A DNA stretch of 64,000 bases from Anthoceros angustus. Taxonomy: Eukaryota; Plantae; Anthocerotophyta. The DNA lies in assembly GCA_010909165.1 (NCBI GenBank), contig VJWM01000144.1, positions 434,001 through 498,000 on the forward strand. The letters run 5' to 3'. Each line of letters starts with the position of its first letter. Position 1 is the stretch's first letter. Below are positions 1 through 13,542 of this stretch, one piece after another. The position numbers and the translations under genes are program-made. Below the pieces are notes generated by a model. That model had not been told where the DNA came from. It did no database searches and saw nothing but the letters and a program-made list of their open reading frames with translations.

Positions 1-2079
1 GCGCCGGCGGCCGGCGCCATGGGGTGTGCTAGGGGCGCGGCGGCCGGCGCCCATGGGGTGTGCTAGGGAGGCGGCGGCCGGCGCCGAGCATCTTGGGGAG
101 GCGCCGGCCGGCGCCCTCCTGCACCATCCTACGGTGCATCTGGGTGAAGCTAGGGGGACAAGAAGGGCAGCGGTATCCTATCACCGATGGAAGGTGTGGC
201 CCATTTGCGGGAAGGGTTAAAAGATTTGCATCCATAGGTGGTTGAAGAGTATAAGTGGTGGGAAGCCTTTGTTGGACGGAAGGAGATTGCTATCGTTGTG
301 GAGAATAACATTGGGCTAGTGCTACGTCCTTGGAAGTGGTTTTCACGTGCGAAGTGGATCATACGGCTGACCACTTCAAGTGCGGATGAAGCTTTGCTAG
401 ATGAGGCATTATTGAGGACCTCCACGTGATATGTATTTGGGGCATATCAAAATGCGGGAAGGCAAGCTGCGGAAATGGCACGGATGAATGGGGACATAAC
501 GGAACCGAGAGGGATGTTTACGGCGGTGCGTGCAATACGGACATGCATACGGCCATTACGGATTGGGAGGTCATTGACGTGAAGCTAAACGCACCACGAC
601 CTCACTTTCTTATCCACTAGTATCGGACCGAGCACATAGATGCGTATGAAGGAGATATGCGAGAACACATAGTCCGCCAGAGTGGTAACCCATCCGTCCA
701 ATGCCGAGGAAAAAGGGAATAAGATCCATTACCTAAAAACATACAGGAGGTATTTGTGAATGAAACAGTCATCTGTATTATGGGTTTGTGTTGAGCATAC
801 GGAAACATCTGTATCGGTGGACAAAAAGCGATAAGGGATAAGCTCATGAGTTGCGTGGCTTCATACAACTGCGAGTGAAAGTGTCGCGAAGATAGTGATG
901 ACAATGGAGGAGAAAATTTGGACCAAGTGATGACGATGGATTGAACTCGGGATGAGTGAAATCTCGTTTTCCGGGGTCCCGAGTTAATGTTGTAAGTCCG
1001 GTTCTTGATGTTTACGTGTTAGGAAATACCTGTCGTGGCTTTTGTGGTGTCATAACAAAACCACATTTCCATCCCAAAGCGAGTTCTGATCGTTCTTGCC
1101 CGGCAGAACGGCCTTCCTCACCGCTCCTACTTTGCATTATTTCCCTAGGTTGGAGTTTCATACCACCATTGGCCACAAACATTGCTAGATGGAAAGTAGT
1201 AATTTTTCCGGTGACACCTTTTTCGAGTCGTTTTCCAATGCCTTCAAAACGCTTTAGGGCCCATCAAAACCCCTTCAGAGATTATTTGCGGAAAACCCCT
1301 TCGAGATTATTAACCCCTTCAAAATTATCGTGTTACTGCGGAAGAGAAGTGTTTGTACTTGTTCGCATCAGTAATTGATGGTACTCGCATTGCTTGACCA
1401 AAGTTCTTTGGGTTCGTTTGGTTCACATCCGCTCTCATTTAATTTCACCGATGAATTTCTCGATCTTTTGCTCCTCATCCACTGGGCATGTCAAGTGTGA
1501 GTTGGAGAAACTTATCACAAGATTCTTGTACTACCTTGTTGGAATATCTTTGAATTGTTGATACAAATCTGCGATGATTCCTTTGGTAGGAACTGCTCCA
1601 AGAAGAGCTGTTTGAGGACCGGCCGAGGAGTACAGGTGGTTCCATGCGAGGTCCACTGTTTTCTCTGGCGCCACCAACGTAGGCATATCCTTCAAGCGAC
1701 ATCACGCAGAATCGGATCTTACGCAAATCGTCTTGTCGGAGGCTGCAAGGTACTTATCGAGTTTGTCCAACCAAATATGCACACTTTGAGCATCTTTGGC
1801 ACTTCAGTCGAGCGTTGTGGTCTTGATTTTTTGGTGTAACTCCTTGTCGAGCTGGGGCTTCGGTTTGAACGGGTATTCTTCTCCCACTTGAGCTTCTCCA
1901 CTCGAGCGACCTCGTTGGCGCTCCCAATGCTCATATCTCATCATCTGCAGACGCCTCACCATTGCTTTGATGTCTTTGTTCTCTTCCTCTCCAGGTTGGA
2001 GTTCTACGATGAGTTTCTTCCTCAGCTCCCCATCCTCTAGGTGGGATTCCTTCTCGGCTAAGGTACGGTGGTGTACCTC

Positions 2080-2640
2080 CGTCCTTCTTCCCTTCCCGTG
2101 TCGAGGCGGGTTGCTCTGCCTTCCATCCACGGTGTGGAGAGGTGTGTTCAGTCCACCGTGGCACGGTCCGGGGTCACCGGTCGAGGTGGAATTGGTGAGC
2201 GTTGGTTGCTCCAGTCGGAGCACACCTCTAGCCTCTCCAATCGGGCTTGGCCTCCCCACCGGACTTGATCCGATCGGCCGCTCTACCTTAGCCGGTGTTG
2301 GTCTTGTCGGGACAAGGATGAGCGCACTGTCGCGGTGTGTTCGACATCAGTCCTTCTTCCCTTCCGTGTCGAGGCGGGTTGCTCTGGCAGTCTTCCATCC
2401 ACGGTGTGGAGAGGTGTGTTCAGTCACGGTGGTGGCGCAGGTGCAGTCACCTCGGCGTCAGGGTGGGGTGGTGGCGCGCTGGGGTGTTGGTTGCTCCAGT
2501 CGGAGCACACCTCTAGGCGCTCCCGAACTCGGCCTCTCGATCGGGCTTGGCCTCCCCACGGACTTGATCCGATCGGCCGCTCTACCTTAGCCGGTGTTGG
2601 TCTTGTCGGGACAAGGATGAGCGCAATTAAATCGCGGTGT
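2080..2640. repeat. ~270-320 bp imperfect tandem duplication inside the retroelement
   Basis: gtccttcttcccttcc.gtgtcgaggcgggttgctctg occurs at ~2081 and ~2350. ggacttgatccgatcggccgctctaccttagccgg occurs at ~2261 and ~2560. Confidence 0.85.
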
Positions 2641-3262
2641 GTTCGACCTTTGTCCTTTCCTCCATCCTTCGCAAGGTGTCTGTCCGATTCGCTTCACTCC
2701 CGGTTGGCTCACCGACTGTGTTCTGTGCAGGAGGATGGCGTGATTCCGCTGGAGTGCTGTGCTTCCTCGGGCGTCCGCGTCGCCGGCTTACCGGCTCTGA
2801 GGCGTATTCGGCGAGAATTCCTGGAGCGTCCGGTTCGGGGTCCGACCTCCGCAACCGATTCTCGACCTCCTCTCGGGCCAGGAGGCGGCGAGTGTGTTCC
2901 CGGTTCTGGCGCTCCTGGGGAGCCGGCAATTCTGCGAATTCTGGTCACGGTGGTGGCACGCGATGGCCTCCTAAGGAATCACGGAGGTGTTGTTGTACGC
3001 GGCGGCGCACCCTCTTCCCAATTCCTTCGAATGGGTCTTCTTCCTCACTTGCGCTGGAGATTGCTGGTCCCTCTGCCGGGGTCAAGGCGCGGTTGTCCAT
3101 GCTGCCTTTCCAGGAGAGATTTCCAAGACTTCTCCTGGTTTCTGCCCTCCTCCCGGTTGGTCCGTTCTCTGTCGCTGGTGATGGTTGCTGTGAAGCTGCT
3201 ACCACCTCTAGGCGCTCCCGAACTCGGCCTCTCGATCCTCGATCTAAGGGTGGCTAGCTTAG

Positions 3263-3276
3263 TGGCTCTGATACCA
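3263..3276 (-). promoter_or_regulatory. Primer-binding site (tRNA-iMet)
   Basis: The + strand tggctctgatacca reads TGGTATCAGAGCCA on the minus strand. Confidence 0.85.
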
Positions 3277-3280
3277 AAGA

Positions 3281-3684
3281 TGTTACGGGGCAACTCTGAG
3301 TTCCAGCTTCAGGAAAATGGACGTTTTCTTCATGTTCAGATTCGCTATAAATACATGTGTGCAGGCAATGCCAAGAAGGCTGAGCCTGCCCGCCTAACTA
3401 CCCTACTTCTTGGGATTCTACTGGTATAACAGTTTTTAGTTATCCGGATATCCTATATAGTGGCATTTATCTATTTAATTAGTATCTATTTAATTATTTC
3501 GTATCAGCTGGGTATTTGCTAAAATCATGAGTGTTTCGTAGGGTTCTTGCTACCTGTTTCGTGGTAGCTTCGGTTCCTCGGCGGATGACTTGAGTGGCCG
3601 GCTCGTCATCACGTTTCAGGCGAGTTCCTCCAAATGTAGGGAAAATACATGCGAGCTGACATGTTTTGCAAATGACCTGTCACA
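3281..3684 (-). repeat. Putative 5' LTR (~404 bp)
   Basis: On the minus strand it starts TGTGACA and ends ..CCCCGTAACA just before the PBS. The partner LTR is not in the window, so the outer boundary is inferred. Confidence 0.55.
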
Positions 3685-4134
3685 TTTTAATGCTATTCCA
3701 TTTCACAAGCATTGATTTTTAGGAAAGTGTGGAATAAGTTGGAGACTTGTTTTGATATCACAACGAACATTGAAAGATGCAATCAAATATGCAAAGTGTT
3801 CTTAAAAGATTCTCATAAGTGCTAAAAGGCAATTCATGCAATGTCAGGCCAAGGAAGACATGAAAAAATGCAAGTTCTTTGGCTTGTGGTCTCGTATCAT
3901 GGTGTTATGCTCTTAGTCTTCACATTCACATGTAGCCTTGGACTCATATCATAGTAGTAGGGCATTAGTTCTTCACATACATATGCTACTAGCGCCTTGC
4001 TATCCAAAATGAAAACATCGAACTGGTTTCCTATCTCTTTTTTTTATATAAAGTCTCTACATCCCCCCATTGGTTTCTATCTTTAAGTAGAGTGAAGTAA
4101 AACGAGTAGAGAAATAAAAGTATATAAGAACATC

Positions 4135-4268
4135 GAGATTAAGTATCCTGAGCTGAGATTAAGTATCCTGAGCTTAGATCGGTACTTAGATAGGGTGCCT
4201 AAAGGGAGTGGATGCCCTTGGTGCAACTTAGATAGGGTGCCTAAAGGGAGTGGATGCCCTTGGTGCAA
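4135..4268. repeat. Short tandem duplications (20-bp x2 and ~41-bp x2)
   Basis: gagattaagtatcctgagct x2; acttagatagggtgcctaaagggagtggatgcccttggtgca x2. Confidence 0.85.
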
Positions 4269-4650
4269 GTAGCTTAGACACACCATGGTACAAGTCCCAT
4301 GACAGAAATCCATTCTTAGTGGACTTAAATAAAAGTCTTCTTCTTCTTGCAATTTGAAGGAAACATACCCATCTTTACTATAAGCACATAAATACATATT
4401 ATTTTTTAGCAAGAATACAAACCATGGAATGAAACATAAACATCCTTACGTATGTGTTTTTCAATCCAGCATATCTTACTATCAAGGAGTATTATAACTA
4501 AATCCATCCTAGAAATAGACTTCAGTGTTCTCATATTTCTACGAAGTCTTCACAGCCAAAGGTCATGTAAGCTTGTCTCATAATTTTGCAGTTTGTAACT
4601 TTCTTTCTGGTGGAACATAATCGGGTGTGAGTAGTGTGACAGGTTGAATC

Positions 4651-5671
4651 TTATTGTACAATGCAGCCTTGGGTTGTTGAACCCAGCAAGGGCTTTCTAG
4701 GAATGCGGGCCCCGGCAGGCAATTCACGTCCTTCCCATGGGTCATTGATCACCTCAGCAACAAACCTGGATGGTTAGGTCAGCACTACTATTATCTTCCT
4801 GCAGCTGCTCTGAAGGGCAGGAAAATGAAGCTGAGCTGTGAATGTGAAGTGAGCTTTGGCTTAAGCACGCAGCCAAGGCTTACTTACAGTTTGACTGGCT
4901 TGACAGGCTTGTAATTTCTCACTTTGACCAGTTGCATCTTATCCAACACTGGGAAAGAGTGCTGCTTGAGCCTCCCGAAGACGGTGTGCTTGCCATCTAG
5001 ATGCTGGCTCTGGAACAGAAGTCAAGGACAAGGGTGAAGGGCCCAAGGTGCTGGAACGCTAGAACGGTGCAGGGTCTGAATTATCATTGGGACTAACTTA
5101 CAGGCCGCCAGATTATGAAGAACTGCGAAGAATTTGTGTTTCTTCCAAAGTTGGCCATGGAAACCATTCCCTTCTTGTTGTGGCTGAGTTTTGCAGACAT
5201 TTCATCTTCAAACACGCGACCATAGATGGATTCCCCACCTTTTCCAGTCCCTAGACGGATGCCGTAAATTAAAATGACTAAGTATAGCAAGGATTGTTCC
5301 ACATTCCAACAAGAGCACATGGTAGTGACACCTACCTGAAGGATCACCACATTGGCACATGAAGTTCGGGATGATTCTCTGTCGGACAGATGAACACGGG
5401 TTACGAAATTGTGAAGGAGACCTCTTGCACTTTCTCAGTCAGAGTGAACCGAAGGCTGAATCTCTGTTACATGAAACGTGATGCCATCGTAGTAGCCTGC
5501 CTTGCAAAGCTCGATGAAGTTTCTGCAAGTTCTGCACAATCCGAGGGAGGTTAAGCGCGGATCGCTGCAAAGCAGAAATTGTGCGAGTGCAGCTGCAACC
5601 TACCGTGGAGCATCCCGCACAAACAGCTCAATCTCAAGGCTGCCGTGCGAGCAAGACAACGCCACAGACAT
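4651..5671 (-). CDS. Cyclophilin-type peptidyl-prolyl isomerase (PPIL1/PPIL3-like), ~6 exons, C-terminal CaaX (CIVQ)
   Basis: Spliced translation [86 protein letters not shown]../[10 protein letters not shown]../..STTQGCIVQ*, with GT-AG introns. Confidence 0.9.
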
Positions 5672-6100
5672 GAGTGGCAGGATTAGGGTGTCGCAATGGA
5701 ATGGAATCCAAGCATCACCACATGGAAGAGAATTCCGAGGACGGGCACGCGCAGGGACCTTGCTAGGCACCTGCTGGGAACCTGCTAGGAAGCTGCTGGG
5801 CACACAGTGAAGGGAGAAGCCGGATACCGGAGCGATGAAGAGGGCTCCACAGGCTTCGGTGGCTATATGACTCGACCTGTCGTTCCCCTGCCCGCCAACA
5901 GGCAGTTTGCGGCACTTGGGCAACGGTTTTTCCTCCACCTCAACCTCCAACCCTTAGACTCCGCAGATCACTGGTTAACAATACCATCTTCTGCACTGGC
6001 TACGGCCTCGGGACTTTGTTACAGCAAACTGTAACAGGAAACACAGAAAACCCTGAAGGCAGAAGGCAGAACACAGAAACAGGACTGTTGAAGTGAAGAA

Positions 6101-7360
6101 ATGTCTCGGTCTCTGACCATGTTTCGAAACCTGTTGCAAGCGTCTGTTACCGCCACTCGGCGAGGTGCGATGGAATTGTTTTGCAGATCATGGTTCCGGA
6201 CAGGTCAGTCCATTGAACTGATGGCTTCTGATTTTGCAGCTCTGCAATGGAATTTGAAAGGCATGGCACCTCCATCGGAACAGGTTCTCTTTACATTTGC
6301 GTCTGCAGAGGATTTCCAGCTCTGGGATCTGTATGCAGACTCCAAGCACGGTGGTGAGCTTCGAAGAGGGGTATTGGTTGGCATGCTGTTGGAACACTCC
6401 TTGGGCTTGTTGGGTGGCTGTTTGTTTGACAGATGCATTCTTGTCAGCAGGATTAACGTCTGCCTCCCTAGAGCCGAGTATCGACGGGACGGAGACAGGC
6501 AAGTGGGCTTGCAAGAGTTGTTGCAGGGCTAGGGTTCAGGGTTTAGCAGGGGTCACACCTGATCAACCGTGTGCTTGGAGTTTGCGTGGTTTTGTAGGTC
6601 TGACATGTCGGAATTCTTCAGGTGTTCTGGCTGGATGGTTGTCCGTGGACTTGGCTGAGAATGCGGATCCAAGGATTAAGCGCAGTGGGTTTGCTGGCAT
6701 TCGGACCCCAGAGGTTCTTGCTTGGGATTGGCTGAGATCTAGGAATTTTTGCATGTTCACACATTATGGATTCCTGACGAGTGCGTACCTGTGTGTCTGG
6801 TCAGGGGGAGGGAAAGATCGAGATAGATCTTGAACCATTCGACACACTTGCTTTTCGGGTGAAGGGTGATGGCCGTTGCTATCTTTCTAGTGTAAGGGAG
6901 GCCATTTGGACTGACTTTGCAGTTTTGCTTGCTCAAAGTCTTTCGAGTTGTCGTAGAATTTGAAAGCCTCTTCGTGATCCAGATAAGGACGGACAATTGG
7001 GTTGGAGGACCTTCTGAAGAAGCTGGCAATACATGGCAAGCCTTCCTCTTTGCCCCGAAGGATGAATGGCATGAAGTGAAGGTAACTGAGTACACATGCT
7101 TACAGTGATCACGATAGCACGTCGAGAAGGCATGCTTATGTTTCCACACGCTTTGCAATGTGAAACAGATTCCTCTTTCCCGTTATCTGCCTACTTGGAG
7201 GGGAAAAGTTATTGATCAACAGACTGCTGAGATGAATCCTGCCCGTGTAATGGGACTGGGCCTAGCAGTGGCAGCTGAAGGGGGCCTCAGTGGAGCTTTG
7301 CGAGGACCTGGTCCATTCAGGCTTCAAATCGATTGGATCAAAGCCTTGCGAACTCCTTGA
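6101..7360 (+). CDS. CIA30: Mitochondrial complex I intermediate-associated protein 30 (CIA30/NDUFAF1 family), multi-exon
   Basis: Exons encode [78 protein letters not shown]. Confidence 0.92.
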
Positions 7361-7960
7361 ATGCAGCGTCATACGAAGTACTCCAAGGAGCTGCTCTAAC
7401 GAGGGATGATTGTAAGCACAGGCGTAGCCAGGACCCTAAATGCTGCTTGCATAAAGGCAAGGTCTACCAGCTGAACCAGCTGCCATGGCGTTTCTGAAGG
7501 TGCCAGGGACGTGTGTCCGAGGGAAGGAAGGGTGAGAAGAAGAACGGCCATAACCTGATCGTCCAGGATCAGTATGGATCCGAGCGGCTTGCCGGTCCAG
7601 AGGTGAAGCATTGACGTAGACCCCTTCCCTGGACACCTGCGTGCAAAGAGAACTTTTGACGCTCCCCTAAGCGTAAGATTTCAACCTATGGTGGAGAAAG
7701 TGGATCCTCCCTGTATTTATTCAATGGAATAAACCCACTGAGGATCGAAGTCTCCAATTGAGACAAGGGAAAAGCGGTGCTCTCTCAACTGTACATGCTG
7801 GAGCCTGAATGGTTGTGGGATCGATGAGCGAAGGATAAGAATGAGAAAATTGCTGGAAATATACAAGCCTCACCTCCCTGTTGGTAAGTGAGATTCACTT
7901 TCATTTCAGGAAGTCTAGGCCGATTCGCCAAGCACCCTCCTCAACCGACTACCGGCTATG

Positions 7961-10900
7961 CTACAACAGCTCATCTTCAAGGTAGCTGTATTCGAAGGTG
8001 AACTCGGTCTTGATTCTTTGACACCTGCATGGCGAGAGAGGTTGAACATCGATTGTACATCAAAGCCCTTGTGGAATCTATATCAAAGAGAGCGCATGCG
8101 TACCATCCTTGATTGTTGTCCCCCTGCGTAATGTTGAAGTCAAAGTAAACATACGTGCCCTGCTCAAACTCATCAGTCGTGACCTTCGGCTCCTCGTGCC
8201 GCTGGAACCAGGTGTTGTACTTTTTGTGATATCTCCAAGACTGTTTCTTCAACTCTCGTGCAGCCAGATATTGTTGATACGTTTCCTGAAAGTAGCTAAA
8301 CTGTGTCAGATGAAGCAACGAAAATAATTTCTCGAAGGACGATTCAATTGTGGCAAAACAATCACCTGCTGATAGTAGAATGCAAAAAAGAGCACGTCAC
8401 AATCCAGCCGCTCCCACAGAGCAGGATTTTCAAGAATAGGAGCCGGGGCTTGAGGATAACTCGCAGGGGTGTTTGCTCGATTTCTCTGAAAATCCATAGG
8501 TCTCCAGACGTCAGACTGCAAGCACATGCATAATCCGACAGGTATAATACCCTACATTAGGGTTTCCGGGGATGAGATGCACATACCGGAACATAAGTCC
8601 TGGGTCGTTCTGAATCTCGTGGCTGAGGAATATTCCGATAAGCAGTCTCAAGCATTTGGAGAGTGTAGATCTGCTCATTACCCACAGAGTTGCCAAGATT
8701 GTCCCCAATAGCGCCTAGATCTTGTGACCGTCGGCCAATAACTCCTGGCCCTGTCGTTGACGATTGTGCAGGTTGCACAGGCTGGCCCGGAGTGAAATCC
8801 ACATCCCTTGAAAGCTGACTGAGTTCTGCCAATGTTCCGGGCCCACTAATCTGCAGACACCATACTTAGTTGATCTGCTCATATAGTATGCAGGAAACCA
8901 ACCAACCATTTCAGATTGCAAACAGAATGGAGCTCACCGATACATTAAAAGTATCTGAATTCTTCAAGTCCTCCTCACTCAGAGAAACACTTCTTCCAAA
9001 CGAAGCATTGATTGTGGCCACATCACTGTTCACATCATCGCCAGGTTCTTGTTGTTGCCCACCTTGTGATTGTTGCTCAGAAAGTCTGCTCAAGTCTGTT
9101 AGGCAAAAACCATGGTCAGTACCCATTTAGCACTTGCTCACAAGCATTAATGAAATGGATGCCCATGGGTATAAGTTGGCACCGTTTTCTTTTGCGGAGG
9201 TGGTGTTTCCAAGGGATAGCTGCTGCAACTGTTGCAAGGCATTGGCTTGAACGGTTGACAGCTGCTGTGCATGTTGTGCAAGCTGTTTCTGTGGTCCTTG
9301 TGACACGGAGGCTGCTGACGATTGTGAAGGTTGTACACTGATGGGCAGTCCACTTTGCTGCTGCTGCTGCAAAGCAGCTGCTTGGGCTGCAAGAGAATTT
9401 CCCTGTTGATGCTGTAACAGTTGAAACTGAAAACTACTACGTCAGTCTGGCATCTAAGGATCCAACCTGAAACACAACAAACGGTTGCAGCATGGCCCTT
9501 ATTCGACAGCATCTCTCTAGGCAGTGAGCTCACCTGTAGCAGATGTTGCTGAGTAGACAGCTTGTTCTGGCCAACATTGGTAAACTGCGAAAGCTGCTGC
9601 TGCACAGCACCTGCAGCCAGGCCCTGCTGATTAACATGGTGGAAACGCTGTACATATTCCTGCTTTTGATCTGGTGCAATTTTAGTGCGAGAAGGAAACT
9701 GGCCCTGCACCTGAGAAACGAAAGACAAATGATTGACGTTAAGTGGATTTTCCGGTGATGAACAACTGGGGGATGGGAGACAAATCAAACAATCCTAGTC
9801 GAGAACTAAGCAGGTAGATTTTCAGGCTGGTCATGCGCACCCAACAACCCGGGACAAAGACACTGCAGACTTACTGCTTCCGGTTGATTCTGAAAAGGGT
9901 TCTGCCTCCAAGTGGAGTTAGCATAGTTCAACCTGCTAGCACCAAGTGCCCCATCACTGACAGAAACTCCATCCCCAGTTGCACTTGTGTCGGCAAGTTT
10001 TTGGCCCGGTTGCACAAAGGCCCTATTTTGGCCAGCAGCAGCCAGTTGCTGTGAGAGCCCGCCAACAAATCTCTCCTCCCCTGTTTTCTTACCAAGATCC
10101 GAACCTAGGGGACCCGAACCCATAGTACTATTCAACCCAACTGTGGCATTGGCATTGGGTGCAGTACTGCTCAGTGTCAAGGGAGGCATGGATACAAGAG
10201 GGCCGGAGCCAGCAGCCCGGACTGGCCTGTTTAGTCCAACGTCACCTGAGCCAGGGCCAATTCTTCTGTCAGCTGAGAATGTCCTGTCTTCCTCTTTTTG
10301 CTTAGAAGTGCCAGTAACAGGGGATTGCATTCCGGCTGGTTTGGAACCTCTACCAGAACTTAAACCTGTTTGGAAGGCTGCATTTGGGACACGATTTAGA
10401 ATGGAGGTTGGAGTGGTTGGATTGGAACCAAGTCCTGCAGAGCCAATCACTAGCCCTGGTAGACTTAAGGTTTGCGGAGATGTCGCCGCTTGGCTCATGA
10501 GAGAAGGGGGTGTCTGTGTTCCAGAATCCTCGGGAACAGAAACCTCATCAGGGAGTTGAACTGCAGGGGGTAGCTGAACAATTTGAACACCAGATGCTCC
10601 AGCTCCCAGCTGCACCAAAGAACGCAGAGCATTACTTCACACCTTCCATGGTACAAATGAGCAGATACAAAGCACTACCATTTTAGAAACGACAGCAACT
10701 CACCAGCTGCTGAGCTGGTGACGACATGGTGGTCTTCACCCCGTTTGGAGACAGACCACCTGTACCAGCCTGCAGGCAAATCCCAGGGTACTCAATGGTG
10801 AGCACAATTCACATGCATCAATGCCCTATTGACTTCCGAGAAGGCAGAACATGTACCTTGTCCTTGCCAGGCCCAGGAGGAATGACAATGTTGATTGCAT

Positions 10901-12540
10901 CCAAAACCGATGGGTCTTCAATCTTATCAAGAGGTAAGGACGAATATATCTCTTCAACATCCTCAAACTCTTCAAAATTTTCCTGATACCACCAAGCCTG
11001 GTCAGAAGGACTTTCAGGCATAACAGTAAGCGGACAGTAAGAATATGACCAGGGCTAACCTGGTTGCGTTCGACGTAGTCTTCCACAAAGTCTTTCACGT
11101 CATTGACCTGGTCAGGGCTGAGTTCGTCGTTGTCTAGGAGTCGGAGAATCAGCTCAAGTTTACTTCTATGCTTCTTGTGACGAGTTATTGAATCCTCCAA
11201 GTGCACCTGAACCATGGTACAACAGCATATGGGACAAATCGCCTCAGATCATGGATTGGATATGGGGTACAGACATAAGCTCCTCTGTAGTAAGAAAACT
11301 GAAGAAGTACCAGGCGAGGTGGCCTTGATTTGCCTTTTCTTCCCACCAAGTGCTCAGTTTCTGCTTCAAATGAGTCAATCTGTGAATCTAGCTCGCTCAC
11401 CTGCAATGAAATAGCTTAATTCTAGAGCGACCTGGTGAACACATAGCTGTCACGGCAAGGAGATGTGCAGCAAGGAGAGCCCAACTACGCAGACCAAGTA
11501 TACATAGCACAGGTACAAGTGCAGTGAGTCACCATATTGTTCAACCAATCCCGCGTCTCTCCTTTGGCTTTTTCTCGTGGATCCTGATTAAAGCAAGCAG
11601 GAGAAGAATTGAACTCAAGTCTGCAACAGAACTGAGAGATGAACAAGAAGCACGACTACAGCAGAACTCAGGTATTGCCACCAGCTTACAGTCTTGGGTT
11701 GCTGTCCCAACCCCTCTTTGGAGAAAGCTTTTGTTTTCGTCTCCTTCTCACAGATTTTGAAACGCTCCATCTCCTTCTCAATGAGCTTTCGTGCGTCTAC
11801 AAGCGCCTGCTCATAAGACGCAGCAACCTATGTCAACATAAATGCGCCACCACCACTTGTTACAAAGGTTACCCAGTCAGAAAAGCCCCACTTTGATTGG
11901 AACGAGAAAAAACCTTCTTGTCTTTGATATCGCTAGACTGAATCCAGGTCTTAATCTGATCTCTGTATCTCTGCAGCTTCTTGATCTCCTTCTTGAGATC
12001 AGCCTCAAACTTCTCCTTCTGGTTGGCATTTTCTGTGTCGTAGACCTGCTTTCAGAGCATGGCAGTTTAAATCTGAAACATTATATCCTTCCCACAGCAC
12101 ACGGCACACACCCACCATGCAGCAACAGCAGATTTTTTTGCTAGCCAGCCAGCCTCAAGCATCCTCAACCACAGCCACTGTAGGGCACCTCGGCCACGGA
12201 GGTCCACACCAAACCAACACCACCCAGCAGGCCAGGAAATCCTTTTGAAAGGCCTACTACGCACACGGGCTGCCGCATCACAGTCAATGCATGCCTGTAA
12301 TGATGCTGGTGCTTGGAGCTAAGCATGTGACGCTGGTGCCCAGAAGTGTGTCAAGTCCGGTCCCCAGTCAAAAAAACCAGGTGAGACTGAATGACCAGCC
12401 TCACAACAAGTGGCAAGGAAAGCGACCAGATCGGGGGAGACAGACACCTTGTTCCAGATGCTATCAAAGACGTCCACACCCTCCTGAACCTTCTTCAGCA
12501 CTCTGTCAATCTCTCCTTGCAGCTTGCGTGTTGCCCCCAT
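7961..12540 (-). CDS. NOT3: CCR4-NOT complex subunit NOT3 (NOT2/3/5 family), many exons
   Basis: N-terminus [31 protein letters not shown] and [30 protein letters not shown]-terminal NOT box [60 protein letters not shown]. Confidence 0.95.
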
Positions 12541-13542
12541 CGTGGACCCCTCCACCTATTCTCATCTACCAAGAAAGGTTGCCCTGCCCTCCTGCCCTGC
12601 CCTGCCCCTCCCACACACAGATTTCTAGATGCTGGATCAAGCACCAGCACCGGCACCCAATCCCGATCAATGCCTCTGCTCGGATGGGGCAAACTGCCTC
12701 CTGCCCCGGCCCGCCCAAGAGCTGCAATACTCTCTGTCACGCGGACAACGAACCCGATACCACGCCCCGGCCAGCGGGTGGGAAATAGCGGCACAGAGCC
12801 CGCAAATTATAATCTGCTGCAACCAAGGCAAAGCGAAGAGAAATTCCGGAGGCCCGTGACCCCCTCCCCTTCCTCCACATAGCTCCTGCGACACATGACG
12901 TGCGACCAGCACAGACACCCTCCCTCTCAATCACAGGACACAGCCGAGGCCTCACCCCAGTTCCCCTGAATGATTCCACCACAACGTCGGACGGCCAGCT
13001 GCTGCTGCTCAGGACCGCACCCTCCGCCTCCCTCCTCGATCGATGCAGCAACCGCACAGCCCGCACCAACTCCACAATAAAATCCCAGCCAGCCAAGCCG
13101 GCATTCAAGGCCCGCGATTTCCTTCCTTCCAACCTCCCGCCGCCTCACATTCACGATTCACGATTCGCAACCACTCCCGATGCTTCCTGCCGCCACCGAA
13201 GACCAGATAGAATTCGTTCCGAGACGCGGCCAGATCGCGTAGAAAGAAGGATCTGTAGACGGACAACAACTTCCTCAGTCCTCCTTCCAATCCGAACCTC
13301 TCCCAGACCTAGTTGACGCGGCTCGGCCCGAACATCCCGTCCGGAACATACATAACCAGCTCCTTTTTATGACACCACCGCTTTTCTTCCTATTTTTCTT
13401 CCTTTTTCTCACTGTTTGTCGTCCTGAGCCGGAGAGAGCAAAAGCTTCCGGGAAGAGGAACAAGCAAAAAGCGGAGGAAAGCCGATGACAGCGTCGGATT
13501 GCGCTTCCTCTGCCGAATGAACGATGAGGACGTTGCACGAAG

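Larger units (their letters stand above)
1..3684 (-). mobile_element. Decayed LTR retrotransposon (probably Ty3/gypsy-type), 5' part; runs off the window start
   Basis: Reverse complement of the tRNA-Met primer-binding site (TGGTATCAGAGCCA) at 3263-3276, 4 nt from a TG..CA-bounded segment (3281-3684). Fragmented gag-like minus-strand ORFs lie at ~1475-2260 with many stops and frameshifts. Confidence 0.7.

Noticed and set aside
2335-3429. 364-aa plus-strand ORF
   Set aside because: Antisense to the retroelement leader/gag and built from internal repeats.
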